Shown: piece after piece, positions 9,992 through 19,260 of the stretch
Position numbering within the stretch: the first letter of the stretch is position 1
How the letters are laid out: the number at the start of each line of letters is the position of its first letter
Source: Synechococcales cyanobacterium VAR_4_metabat_354
GTDB taxonomy: Bacteria; Cyanobacteriota; Cyanobacteriia; Cyanobacteriales; Chamaesiphonaceae
DNA length: 64,000 nt
Assembly: GCA_031414775.1 (NCBI GenBank)
Contig: JANOQI010000031.1
Location: 64,001-128,000, forward strand
Direction: 5' to 3'
Translations under genes and position numbers: made by a program
The notes under the pieces: model-generated
What the model saw: the letters and a program-made list of their open reading frames with translations, nothing else
Database searches by the model: none
Told to the model about the DNA's origin: nothing

Positions 9992-10627
9992 ATGAGCCTG
10001 GAACAGACATTATTATCGGAGCAAAATGTGGAATCGGTAATGCAAGCTTTTGAGCATGAAGGCGCGAGTGTTCGGGCATCTATGCGCTATTTAATGCAAG
10101 ATAAGGAAACAATCGCGGCTGGTTTATTATTGTGCCTATCTTTTTTAAGAGGCCAACAAATTAAAGGTGCTGTAATCAAAGAATTAAAAAAAGTTGAGCC
10201 AGCCCAATTCAATCAAGGTTTAATTGATTTTCAGCTATTGTGCTCGATCGATGGGATGTCTACTAATGTTGGGATCATAGTATTAACAGAATCGTCAACC
10301 AGCGAGCTTTGCACTGATTTGAATCGATTATTTTCTTATAAAGATTTTGGCCTAAATCGTCTTTATATTCTCCGTCCAGCGACACTAATTGATAGTAATC
10401 CACAGGTTCAAAATCATTTGTCTCGGCTATTATCACCAGAAATAGGTGGTAGCTTAATAGATTTACAAATGAATGCGTTGGAAATGATTTTGACAATTTT
10501 GTTTGTTTTTCGAGGGCGACAAAAGTATGCAATTGATACTTCCGATCTGACAAAATATCTAGAGAAAGAAAATATTTTGTCAAGCAACTCCATTATTCGG
10601 AGTTTGTTTATAAATCAGATCGGTTAA
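9992..10627 (+). CDS. Hypothetical protein (AT-rich)
   Basis: 211-aa ORF; resembles the C-terminal region of cyanobacterial P-loop NTPase proteins (from memory). Confidence 0.7.
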   Translation: MSLEQTLLSEQNVESVMQAFEHEGASVRASMRYLMQDKETIAAGLLLCLSFLRGQQIKGAVIKELKKVEPAQFNQGLIDFQLLCSIDGMSTNVGIIVLTESSTSELCTDLNRLFSYKDFGLNRLYILRPATLIDSNPQVQNHLSRLLSPEIGGSLIDLQMNALEMILTILFVFRGRQKYAIDTSDLTKYLEKENILSSNSIIRSLFINQIG

Positions 10628-10653
10628 TAATCGCGATCACAAAATTTTAGTCT

Positions 10654-11220
10654 TTAAGAACTGACCGAGGCTGCTAATCTTTCTTTATCCAGTCGGCGCT
10701 TGCGGGCATAGAGCTGAATACTAGCCGCAAAAGCGATCGCCATGGCCACCACCACATAACCAGTAGCATCGCGGGGAATATCGTTTTTAAAGATCGCCAG
10801 CAGTACAATCACCACCAAAAAGAAAGTGGGAAACTCATTAAACCAGCGAAACTGTTGAGCACTCAAAGGTGTTTCACCTGCTTCTAGTTGATTGATAATG
10901 CGCTGGCAGTAAAAATGATAGCCAATCATAATCAGTACTAAGCCCATCTTGACATGGAGCCAAGTTTGTTTTAGTAACTCCGGGGCATAGTACAGCATCC
11001 CGGCCGCCATCAGCAGTGTCACTACCATTGCTGGAGTCATGATAATCTTCATCAACCGTTTTTCCATGATCGAATACTGCTTTTGAAGAATCTCTCGTGC
11101 CGCTTCGGGCTGTTCGTTAGCTTCAGTGTGATAGACAAACAAGCGCGGTAGATAGAATAAACCGGCAAACCAGGACACAAACGCAACAATATGAAACGAC
11201 TTAAACCATAAATAAGCCAT
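10654..11220 (-). CDS. hemJ: Protoporphyrinogen IX oxidase HemJ
   Basis: YLWFKSFHIV...WFAGLFYLPRLFVYH, MEKRL..IIMTP, FRWFNEFPT. Confidence 0.96.
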   Translation of the reverse strand: MAYLWFKSFHIVAFVSWFAGLFYLPRLFVYHTEANEQPEAAREILQKQYSIMEKRLMKIIMTPAMVVTLLMAAGMLYYAPELLKQTWLHVKMGLVLIMIGYHFYCQRIINQLEAGETPLSAQQFRWFNEFPTFFLVVIVLLAIFKNDIPRDATGYVVVAMAIAFAASIQLYARKRRLDKERLAASVSS

Positions 11221-11261
11221 GGATGACTCCCAGAAAACAGCGACTAAGCTTTCAGGGTATG

Positions 11262-11287
11262 AAAAAACCGTCAAGAAAACGACGGTT
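11262..11287 (-). terminator. Intrinsic terminator downstream of the GST gene
   Basis: AACCGTC/GACGGTT stem followed by a T run on the minus strand. Confidence 0.6.
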
Positions 11288-11315
11288 CAGTAGCAAAATT
11301 TAATATTGGGCAGCT

Positions 11316-11978
11316 TTAAGGAGCAGATGTTGTCATCCGACTAATCAACATTTGCTTCAGTGCTGCCATCTGTTCAGCGGAAGCTTGGGTGGCTGACCAA
11401 GAAGGGCGAAGAGTCAGTCGATCGAGCCAAGCATTCAATTTGGGGAAGGCGTCTAGCCTGATATCAGCCGCGCCTAGATAAGAAATTACGGTGCCAGCTA
11501 CTGGCTCAGCTAAGGTAATGGTATTGCTGCCAAAGAAAGGTCGATCGTCTAATAAGCCTTCCAAGAACTGCAAATTAGTGTTGATTTTCTGAACGGCCTT
11601 AGCGACCTGTGCCGGATCGCCCTCGCCTAACCCCAGCATTTTGGGATACAACGGGATCAGCGCTGGACCCAGCTCATTGACTGTGACCATCTCTACCATC
11701 CGCACCTTGGCTAGATCAGCAGGATCATTCGGTAACATGCTGGGCTGAGGATATTTGGATTCTAAGTAATCGAGAATTGCCAAGGATTCAATAACTTTCA
11801 TCTCACCATCTACCAGTACTGGAATGTGGTGAAAAGGATTGAGGGCTAAAAATTCGGGCTGAAACTGTTGACCATTCAGTTGAACTTCTTCTATTTGGAA
11901 GTCCAGTCCCTTTTCCAGGAGAGTTATCCACACCCGGCGCGAATTAAAGGAAATAGCAGTCTGGTAAAGCTTAATCAT
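11316..11978 (-). CDS. Glutathione S-transferase family protein
   Basis: LNPFHHIPVLVDG...ESLAILDYLE. Confidence 0.93.
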   Translation of the reverse strand: MIKLYQTAISFNSRRVWITLLEKGLDFQIEEVQLNGQQFQPEFLALNPFHHIPVLVDGEMKVIESLAILDYLESKYPQPSMLPNDPADLAKVRMVEMVTVNELGPALIPLYPKMLGLGEGDPAQVAKAVQKINTNLQFLEGLLDDRPFFGSNTITLAEPVAGTVISYLGAADIRLDAFPKLNAWLDRLTLRPSWSATQASAEQMAALKQMLISRMTTSAP

Positions 11979-12033
11979 AGAAACATCGCGGCAAGTGTTG
12001 ATTTCTGTTTATGATTGCCGTACTACTGTGTAG

Positions 12034-13011
12034 CTAAGCCACAAATTGTAGTAAGAACATCCCAAACCAGTGTTGGTGATCTGTCCAATGTTTAATTGGC
12101 TTCAGATTCCAGGTTTGGAACCGGTCTCCTCCAGGATAGCTCATGGCCTCTAAGTCGAACTTGCAAGAAACCTCCGTTAAGATAGTTTCATTGATCGCAA
12201 AGTCTACAGTTAGCCCCAATTTTTGTAGTTGTATAGATTGCGACTTGTTACTACGCAAATACATCTCAATCCGACGAATTTTTTGGTTGTAAATCGCCTG
12301 ATGTTGAAATTGACTGAGGTCAAAGTTACCATCAAAGCGACAGTTGAGGTGTGCCAACATATTTAGATTGAAAGCAGCTGTAACACCTTGAGCATCGTTA
12401 TAAGCTGGTTCTAAAATCTTTTCCGATTTGTGCAAATCCACACCCAGTAAAAAGTAGTCACCACCATGCATGGTGGTGACTACTTTCCGAAAAAAAGCAT
12501 CTTGCTCATCGGGATTGAGATTTCCTAAGCTGCTGCCCAGAAAAGAGATAACCTTGGGTTTCTGATGGTGAATTTGCAGCCAAGCCAAACCATCTTCATA
12601 GGTGCAGGCCAGAGGATGAATATTGAGGCCGGGATATGCCGCTTTCAGGTCATGGGCGGTACTGTTGAGAATGCCCGTACTGACATCGATCGGAAAGTAA
12701 GTAAAAGGCTGGCCTAATGCTTGATAAGCATCGAGGAGAATCCGGGTTTTGGTAGAGCTGCCACTGCCTAATTCAATGAGGTCAGCGCTACCGGTGGTGT
12801 TAGCGATCGATCGAGCACAGCCTTCCAGAATTGCCGTCTCGATGCGAGTCGGGTAGTATTCGGGCAGTTCGCAGATTTGCTCAAAAAGCTGCGAGCCCCG
12901 ATCGTCATAGAAGTATTTAGGTGGCAGGGTTTTAGGCTGACTAGTCAAACCCTGCACGACATCGAATCCATCGGTTGATGGGGTAGTTACTATGGGATTA
13001 ATAGGGTTCAC
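12034..13011 (-). CDS. egtD: L-histidine N(alpha)-methyltransferase (ergothioneine biosynthesis)
   Basis: KTLPPKYFYDDRGS.LFEQICELPEYYPTR.E, ELGSGSS.KT, YNDAQGVTAAFNLN. Confidence 0.95.
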   Translation of the reverse strand: MNPINPIVTTPSTDGFDVVQGLTSQPKTLPPKYFYDDRGSQLFEQICELPEYYPTRIETAILEGCARSIANTTGSADLIELGSGSSTKTRILLDAYQALGQPFTYFPIDVSTGILNSTAHDLKAAYPGLNIHPLACTYEDGLAWLQIHHQKPKVISFLGSSLGNLNPDEQDAFFRKVVTTMHGGDYFLLGVDLHKSEKILEPAYNDAQGVTAAFNLNMLAHLNCRFDGNFDLSQFQHQAIYNQKIRRIEMYLRSNKSQSIQLQKLGLTVDFAINETILTEVSCKFDLEAMSYPGGDRFQTWNLKPIKHWTDHQHWFGMFLLQFVA

Positions 13012-13235
13012 GCTGCAATGACAATATCCTTACGAGTGCTTTCGACCAAATAGACCATCCCCAGCTGTTTATCCAAAGATTTTTCTTCTGACACGCTCCG
13101 ACCTCGCTAAAATCACTCCAAGTATTCTAGCGGAAGTCTGGAATTAATTCGCCCACTAATTGTTAGAGATGAATTCTTCCACATAGAATTACTTATAGGT
13201 TTTATTCGATATTCTTTTGATAAAAATCCTGCATG

Positions 13236-13355
13236 TCTCTATGCATAGAGAAAAAATTAAGCTAAACTTACTTATCAATGACTTAAATCTATGAATTACT
13301 CAATAATGTTGTTGGCAAACATCTACTTGTCGTTAATTCATAGATAAGAATCTAT
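13236..13355 (+). promoter_or_regulatory. Cluster of candidate operator sites upstream of the ABC operon (LysR/NdhR-CmpR-like)
   Basis: Perfect palindrome TCTCTATGCATAGAGA 13236-13251; TCAATG-N10-ATGAAT 13275-13296; ATAG-N8-CTAT 13340-13355. Confidence 0.5.
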
Positions 13356-13442
13356 TCATTTAGTACGTTTAACTCTATTGAAATAATTAATTCTCGCAGT
13401 ACAGGTAATGAACTTTTATATGTAGATCTACAGAGTAATGAC

Positions 13443-14777
13443 ATGGAAAACTTAGTTAATCAAATTTCTCGCCGCAAATTCATACTCACCGCTGGAGTAA
13501 CAGCGATGGGCGGACTATTACTAAAAGGATGTGCATCATCCCCTAATTCTGGGAGCCAATTGGCACCAATTAAAGCTGCTAATGCGAATGCTGGTGGTGG
13601 AAATGAAACTACTAAAGCCCGGATTGGTTTTATCGGGCAAACTGATGCTTCTCCGTTGGTAGTTGCCAAGGTCAAAAAAATATTTGAAAAATATGGAATG
13701 CCAGATGTTGAGCTAGTTAAGCAACCATCTTGGGGAGTAACTAGAGACAATCTCCAAATTGGTTCGGCGGGAGGTGGTTTGGATGGGGCAATGGTTCTCA
13801 GTCCAATGCCATATCACATGAGCCTGGGCACAATTACAGTTAATAATAAAAAGCTGCCAATGTATGTAGTAGCTCGTTTAAACACTGGGGGACAAGGCAT
13901 ATCGGTAGGAAACCGTTATCGTGACGCCAATGTAGCCTTAGATGCTTCTAAAATCAAAGAAAGGGTCGATCGAGAGAGAGCCTCAGGTAACTATTTGCGG
14001 TTTGCCCATACTTTTAAAGGCGGCAATAGTGATCTAATGTTGCGCTATTGGTTGGCGGCAGGTGGTATTGATCCCAACAAAGATGTCATTAGTTTGGTAG
14101 TACCTGGATCGCAATTAGTTCCTAACATTAGAGTTAATAATATCGATGGTTTTTGTGTCGGTGATCCTTGGCATGTGCGCTTGATCAATCAAAAACTCGG
14201 TTATACCGCATTAGTAACTAATGAATTTTGGCAAGATCATCCTGAAAAAGCGTTGAGTTTTCGGAGTGATTGGGTCGATCGACATCCCAATGCTACTAAG
14301 TCAATTGTGAAGGCATTGATGGAAGCTCAACAATGGTGCGACAAAAAAGAAAATCGCATCGAAATGGCCACCGTCATCTCTGATCCAGAATGGGCGAAAG
14401 TACCCGTTAAAGATGTCCAAGATCGATTGACCGGTAGGATTGAGTATGGTAATAGTCGCCCAGTGGTCGAAAATAGTCCTAATATTATGCGCTACTGGAG
14501 TAACTATGCCAGTTATCCCTTTAAGAGTCATGATCTGTGGTTCTTGACTGAGAATATTCGGTGGGGTCAAATTCCGGCCAATACCGATCTCAACAAAATA
14601 ATTAGTCAAGTCAATCGAGAGGATATTTGGCGAGTAGCAGCTAAGGAATTAAATTTACCCACAGAACAGATTCCAGCTAATACTTCACGCGGCGTGGAAA
14701 CATTTTTTGATGGAGTTAAATTCGACCCAGCTAATCCTTCAGCCTATTTAAAAAGCTTGAAAATTAAACAAGTTTAG
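13443..14777 (+). CDS. nrtA: NrtA/CmpA-family anion-binding lipoprotein (NrtA-type backbone, altered pocket)
   Basis: Tat/lipobox SRRKF...LKGC; RYWLAAGG; HPEKA (Lys as in NrtA); YPFKSHDLWFLTE; SRGVETFFDG. Confidence 0.85.
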   Translation: MENLVNQISRRKFILTAGVTAMGGLLLKGCASSPNSGSQLAPIKAANANAGGGNETTKARIGFIGQTDASPLVVAKVKKIFEKYGMPDVELVKQPSWGVTRDNLQIGSAGGGLDGAMVLSPMPYHMSLGTITVNNKKLPMYVVARLNTGGQGISVGNRYRDANVALDASKIKERVDRERASGNYLRFAHTFKGGNSDLMLRYWLAAGGIDPNKDVISLVVPGSQLVPNIRVNNIDGFCVGDPWHVRLINQKLGYTALVTNEFWQDHPEKALSFRSDWVDRHPNATKSIVKALMEAQQWCDKKENRIEMATVISDPEWAKVPVKDVQDRLTGRIEYGNSRPVVENSPNIMRYWSNYASYPFKSHDLWFLTENIRWGQIPANTDLNKIISQVNREDIWRVAAKELNLPTEQIPANTSRGVETFFDGVKFDPANPSAYLKSLKIKQV

Positions 14778-14835
14778 CTTTAGTCTTCAGCATTCTGTTA
14801 ATGTATTCCATTTTTCAACATAGGAGAAATTATTC

Positions 14836-15666
14836 ATGGCTAGATCGATCAGCAGTCGTCCCCAAACTAACATCCTCGAACGGCTATTAAGTAATAGAAA
14901 AACGCGAAAAGTATTTGCTCCGCTCATTGCCATTACCATAATTCTGATGATTTGGCAGTTATTGACATTAAGTCCGGATGCTAACTTACCCAGTCCGGTG
15001 AAAGTTATTCAGCAAACTTGGGAGCTAATCATCGATCCTTTTTTCGATAAAGGGGCGACTAATAAAGGGCTATTTTGGCAAATTTGGGCTAGTGTGCAGC
15101 GAGTTATCCAAGGATTTACCTTAGCGGCAATTGTGGGTATTTCTATCGGAATTATTGTGGGGACAAATGAATTTTTGTTTGATGCCCTCGATCCGATTTT
15201 TCAAATTTTGCGTACTATTCCACCGCTAGCCTGGTTGCCGATCGCTTTAGCAACCTTTCAACAATCTAATCCTTCAGCGATTTTTGTAATTTTCATCACT
15301 TCAATCTGGCCGATTATTCTCAATACGATCGCCGGAGTTCAACAAATTCCTCAAGATTATGTTAATGTCTCCAAAGTTTTGCAACTATCTAGAAAAGAAT
15401 ACTTTTTCGATGTAGTTTTCCCAGCCACTGTACCTTATATTTTCACGGGTTTACGCATTGGGGTTGGTTTATCTTGGTTGGCGATCGTTGCTGCCGAAAT
15501 GTTGATTGGCGGAGTCGGAATTGGTTTCTTTATCTGGGATGCTTGGAACGCCGCCAATATCAGTCAGATTATTATTGCTTTGGTTTATGTGGGATTGGTG
15601 GGCTTGATACTAGATAAAACAATCGCATTCATCGCTACTAAGGTAGTTCCCGAAGAACACAAATAA
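14836..15666 (+). CDS. nrtB: Nitrate-type ABC transporter permease
   Basis: DPIFQILRTIPPLAWLPI..FQQSNPSAIFVIFITSIWPI, GLSWLAIVAAEML.GGVGIG (NrtB-type). Confidence 0.9.
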   Translation: MARSISSRPQTNILERLLSNRKTRKVFAPLIAITIILMIWQLLTLSPDANLPSPVKVIQQTWELIIDPFFDKGATNKGLFWQIWASVQRVIQGFTLAAIVGISIGIIVGTNEFLFDALDPIFQILRTIPPLAWLPIALATFQQSNPSAIFVIFITSIWPIILNTIAGVQQIPQDYVNVSKVLQLSRKEYFFDVVFPATVPYIFTGLRIGVGLSWLAIVAAEMLIGGVGIGFFIWDAWNAANISQIIIALVYVGLVGLILDKTIAFIATKVVPEEHK

Positions 15667-15789
15667 CTATATCTAAAGTCATGCATAGATCTCAGGAAAA
15701 TGGCTTTATGGCAATTAACTAAGATAGGCATTGTCAACTCCATATAACGCTTCTATCCAAATACAATCTTAATTTAGTGGGAAAACAAA

Positions 15790-17772
15790 ATGTCCAGCTT
15801 TGTTGAAGTAAATCAAGTAGATAAAACATTTGACCTCGCCAATGGTGGTAGTTACGTTGCCTTAAAAGGCATCGATTTAAACATCCGTAAGGGTGAATTC
15901 ATTTCCCTGATCGGACATTCGGGCTGTGGTAAATCCACTCTCTTGAATATTATTGCTGGTTTAGATGGTGCGACCGACGGCATTGTCTTAGTTGATGAAA
16001 CACCAGTCACTAAGCCCGGCCCCGATCGGATGGTCGTATTTCAAAATTATTCGCTGCTGCCGTGGTTAACTGTTCGCGAAAACATTGCCTTGGCAGTAAA
16101 TAAAGTGCTACAAGGTCTGCCTAAAGCGGAGCGACACCAAATCGTCGAAGGACATATCGACATGGTTGGCTTACGAGCCGCTGCTGATAAAAAACCCGGA
16201 CAACTTTCGGGAGGCATGAAGCAACGAGTCTCGATCGCCCGAGCCTTTGCGATTCGACCTAAGGTTTTGCTGTTAGATGAACCTTTTGGCGCTCTAGATG
16301 CTTTGACACGCGGTGGCTTACAAGAACGATTGATGCAGATTTGTGAGGAAAACCAGGTCACGGCAGTAATGGTAACTCATGATATCGACGAGGCATTGTT
16401 GTTGTCCGATCGCATTATCATGCTCACCAATGGGCCAGAGTCTAAAATTGGCCAAATTCTGGAAGTCGATATCCCACGTCCCCGCAAACGTCTAGAAGTC
16501 GTCGAGCATCCGAGCTACTATAGCTTGAGAAGTGAAATGATCTACTTTCTCAACCAACAAAAACGGGTCAAAAAAATCCGTGCTCAAAAGACTACTATAG
16601 TTGCTCGTCATGGTTTGGAGAAAGTCAATATTCACCTGGGATTTGTTCCTTTAACGGCTTGTGCACCGTTAGCAATTGCTAAAGAAAAAGGTTTTTTTAT
16701 TAAACATGGCTTAGATGAAGTCAGTTTGGCGCGAGAATCGAGTTGGCGAGGAATTGTTGATGGAATTAGTGGCGGTTATATTGATGCAGCCCAAATGCCT
16801 TCGGGGATGCCAGCTTGGTTAACATTGGGTGGTAACAATGATATACCTTTAGCCGTAGTTACTGCCATGACTATGGCACGCAATGGCAATGCCATCACCT
16901 TAAAGGAAGAGTTCTTTCAACAAAATATTAGAACGCTCGATGACTTTCACGAATTCATTTTAAAAACTCCTGATAAACGCCACAATTTTGGGATGGTACA
17001 TCCATCTTCCATGCACAACTTGTTACTGCGGTATTGGTTAGCGGCTGGGGGGATTGATCCAGACAAAGATGTAAATCTAATGACGATTCCCCCCGCCCAA
17101 ATGGTGGTGGATCTAAAAGCGGGGACGATCGATGGTTATTGCGTGGGTGAACCCTGGAATTATCGAGCCGCCCGTGAAGGTAAAGGCTTCACCATTGCCT
17201 CCGATTTAGGGATCTGGAATGGACACCCCGGTAAAGTGTTGGGAGTGAGAGAAGATTGGGCAAATGCTTATCCTAATACTCATATTGCTCTAGTTAAAGC
17301 TCTGTTAGAAGCTTGTCAATATTGTTCTGACCCCAATAATGTGGAAGAAATTCGTCACCTGCTAGCTCAAAAAGAATATCTAGGCATGAAAGTCGATTAT
17401 ATTACCCTGGCTGACCCTAATAACGACATTGGTATTCACGATCCGCACCAAGAATATGCTCACCCGCAGTTTTTTGGCAATAGCTTGAATCGTCCAAGTC
17501 GTACCGAACAGCTGTGGATTATTACCCAAATGGCACGCTGGGGCATTACGCCCTTTCCTCGCAATTGGGTGGAGATTGTAGAACGAGTTTGTCGAACAAC
17601 AACCTTTAGTACTGGCTCCAGAGAGCTAGGTTTTGATGTTGATTATGGTCTGAATGAGATCGAATTATTCGATGGGGTACCGTTTAATGCGAAAGACCCG
17701 ATTGGTTATCTCAACAATTTGAAAATCAAACGTCCTATTTCAGTGGCAGAAGTCCATTTGGATCGAGCTTAG
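15790..17772 (+). CDS. cmpC: ABC ATPase with C-terminal solute-binding regulatory domain, CmpC-like
   Basis: GHSGCGKS, LSGGMKQR; C-domain ARHGLEKVN, PLTACAPL, SWRGIVDG, GHPGKVLGVREDWA, RPSRTEQLW are CmpC-type. Confidence 0.75.
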   Translation: MSSFVEVNQVDKTFDLANGGSYVALKGIDLNIRKGEFISLIGHSGCGKSTLLNIIAGLDGATDGIVLVDETPVTKPGPDRMVVFQNYSLLPWLTVRENIALAVNKVLQGLPKAERHQIVEGHIDMVGLRAAADKKPGQLSGGMKQRVSIARAFAIRPKVLLLDEPFGALDALTRGGLQERLMQICEENQVTAVMVTHDIDEALLLSDRIIMLTNGPESKIGQILEVDIPRPRKRLEVVEHPSYYSLRSEMIYFLNQQKRVKKIRAQKTTIVARHGLEKVNIHLGFVPLTACAPLAIAKEKGFFIKHGLDEVSLARESSWRGIVDGISGGYIDAAQMPSGMPAWLTLGGNNDIPLAVVTAMTMARNGNAITLKEEFFQQNIRTLDDFHEFILKTPDKRHNFGMVHPSSMHNLLLRYWLAAGGIDPDKDVNLMTIPPAQMVVDLKAGTIDGYCVGEPWNYRAAREGKGFTIASDLGIWNGHPGKVLGVREDWANAYPNTHIALVKALLEACQYCSDPNNVEEIRHLLAQKEYLGMKVDYITLADPNNDIGIHDPHQEYAHPQFFGNSLNRPSRTEQLWIITQMARWGITPFPRNWVEIVERVCRTTTFSTGSRELGFDVDYGLNEIELFDGVPFNAKDPIGYLNNLKIKRPISVAEVHLDRA

Positions 17773-17820
17773 GTCAACATCAATAATTATTAAATTAAGT
17801 GGTACAGAATAGGTAATATT

Positions 17821-18663
17821 ATGACAGTAGTTAAATCGACTTATCAAGATACAAAAACTCATAAATCAGCTAGCCGTAGTCCATTTCTTTTGGTGGAAGA
17901 TGTAGCTAAAATATACCCTACAGCTAAAGGTGCTTATACAGTTTTAGAAAATGTCAATCTTACCGTCGATAAAGGGGAATTTATTTGTTTGATCGGTCAC
18001 TCCGGTTGTGGTAAATCTACTTTACTGAATATGATTGCGGGCTTTAGTCAGCCCAGTATTGGTCGAGTGGAATTAAAAGGAGAAGCAATCCTTCAACCAG
18101 GTCCTGATAGGATGATGGTGTTTCAAGGTTATGCTCTGCTGCCTTGGAAAACAGCTTTTGAAAATATTTATTTAGCCGTTAACTCAGTTTATCCTCAAAA
18201 ATCTAAGTCTGAGAAAGTATCGATCGTCAATGAGCACTTGGCGATGGTCGGATTGGCCGATGCCGCTGATAAAAAGCCGCAACAACTTTCGGGTGGGATG
18301 AAACAGCGAGTAGCAATCGCTCGTGCCCTTTCCATACGTCCCGAAGTCTTGATCTTGGATGAACCCTTTGGCGCTCTCGACCAAATCACCAAGGAGGAAT
18401 TGCAGGAGGAATTAATGAGAATTTGCGGCGAACAAAACTGTACGGTGCTGATGATTACTCACGATATTGATGAGGCGTTATTTTTAGCCGATCGATTGGT
18501 AATGATGACGAATGGCCCCGCTGCTAAAATCGGTGAAATTTTGAGTATTCCCTTTGAGCGCCCTCGCGATCGAGATCAGATTTTGGAAGACCCAGAATAC
18601 TACAATTTACGTAACTATGCCTTAGACTTTCTTTATCACCGCTTTGCCCATGATGATGAATAA
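17821..18663 (+). CDS. nrtD: ABC ATPase NrtD/CmpD
   Basis: GHSGCGKS, YALLPWKTAFENIYLAVN, LRNYALDFL..RFAHDD. Confidence 0.85.
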   Translation: MTVVKSTYQDTKTHKSASRSPFLLVEDVAKIYPTAKGAYTVLENVNLTVDKGEFICLIGHSGCGKSTLLNMIAGFSQPSIGRVELKGEAILQPGPDRMMVFQGYALLPWKTAFENIYLAVNSVYPQKSKSEKVSIVNEHLAMVGLADAADKKPQQLSGGMKQRVAIARALSIRPEVLILDEPFGALDQITKEELQEELMRICGEQNCTVLMITHDIDEALFLADRLVMMTNGPAAKIGEILSIPFERPRDRDQILEDPEYYNLRNYALDFLYHRFAHDDE

Positions 18664-18665
18664 CT

Positions 18666-19127
18666 ATGCGAATTTTCAGAAACCTCAAATCTTTTATATC
18701 TGATGATGAAAAATTCTTAAATGGCCTAAAAGTTGTAGAAGGCTGGGTCTCTAAGGTTCTATCGCTGGGGATGATTTTAGTTACCCTAATAGCTATTTTT
18801 CATCTTGGATATTCTTTGATAGAAACTCTAGCTCATGCCACTAACAAGCCTACTAATGATAACTTCAATACAGAACTATTTCAGTTATTCGGTCTATTTT
18901 TAAATGTTTTAATTGCCTTGGAAATCCTAGAGAATATCGCTGCCTACCTAAAAAAGCATGTTATTCAAGTTGAGCTAGTATTAATTACCTCTCTTATTGC
19001 TGTATCTAGAAAAATTATTATTTTGGATTTAGAGAAAAAAGACAGTAATGATCTGATCGCCCTAGGTGTAGCCACATTTGCACTATCAATTAGCTATGTC
19101 ATGATTCGTTTGTCTAATCGCACTTGA
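18666..19127 (+). CDS. PsiE-family (phosphate-starvation-inducible E-like) membrane protein
   Basis: FGLFLNVLIALEILENI..YL.KH..QVELV..TSLIAV.RKIIILD; 2 nt after the nrtD stop. Confidence 0.88.
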   Translation: MRIFRNLKSFISDDEKFLNGLKVVEGWVSKVLSLGMILVTLIAIFHLGYSLIETLAHATNKPTNDNFNTELFQLFGLFLNVLIALEILENIAAYLKKHVIQVELVLITSLIAVSRKIIILDLEKKDSNDLIALGVATFALSISYVMIRLSNRT

Positions 19128-19260
19128 ACATCTAATTTGTCCAGTAGCCAGCAGTCTAGCTAAACTTAGCCATCAGGCGAAAATTTTGTCGATCGATGAA
19201 AAATCAGCTGGCGAATTGCTATGATCAGGCTATCTCTGCGTTTTGCCAAGCTTAAACCCA

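Noticed and set aside
8561..13011. Functional link between the degenerate HisD and histidine-consuming EgtD
   Set aside because: Separated by unrelated genes and a terminator; proximity is the only evidence
13421..13432. NtcA site upstream of the ABC operon
   Set aside because: GTA and TAC are 4 nt apart, not 8
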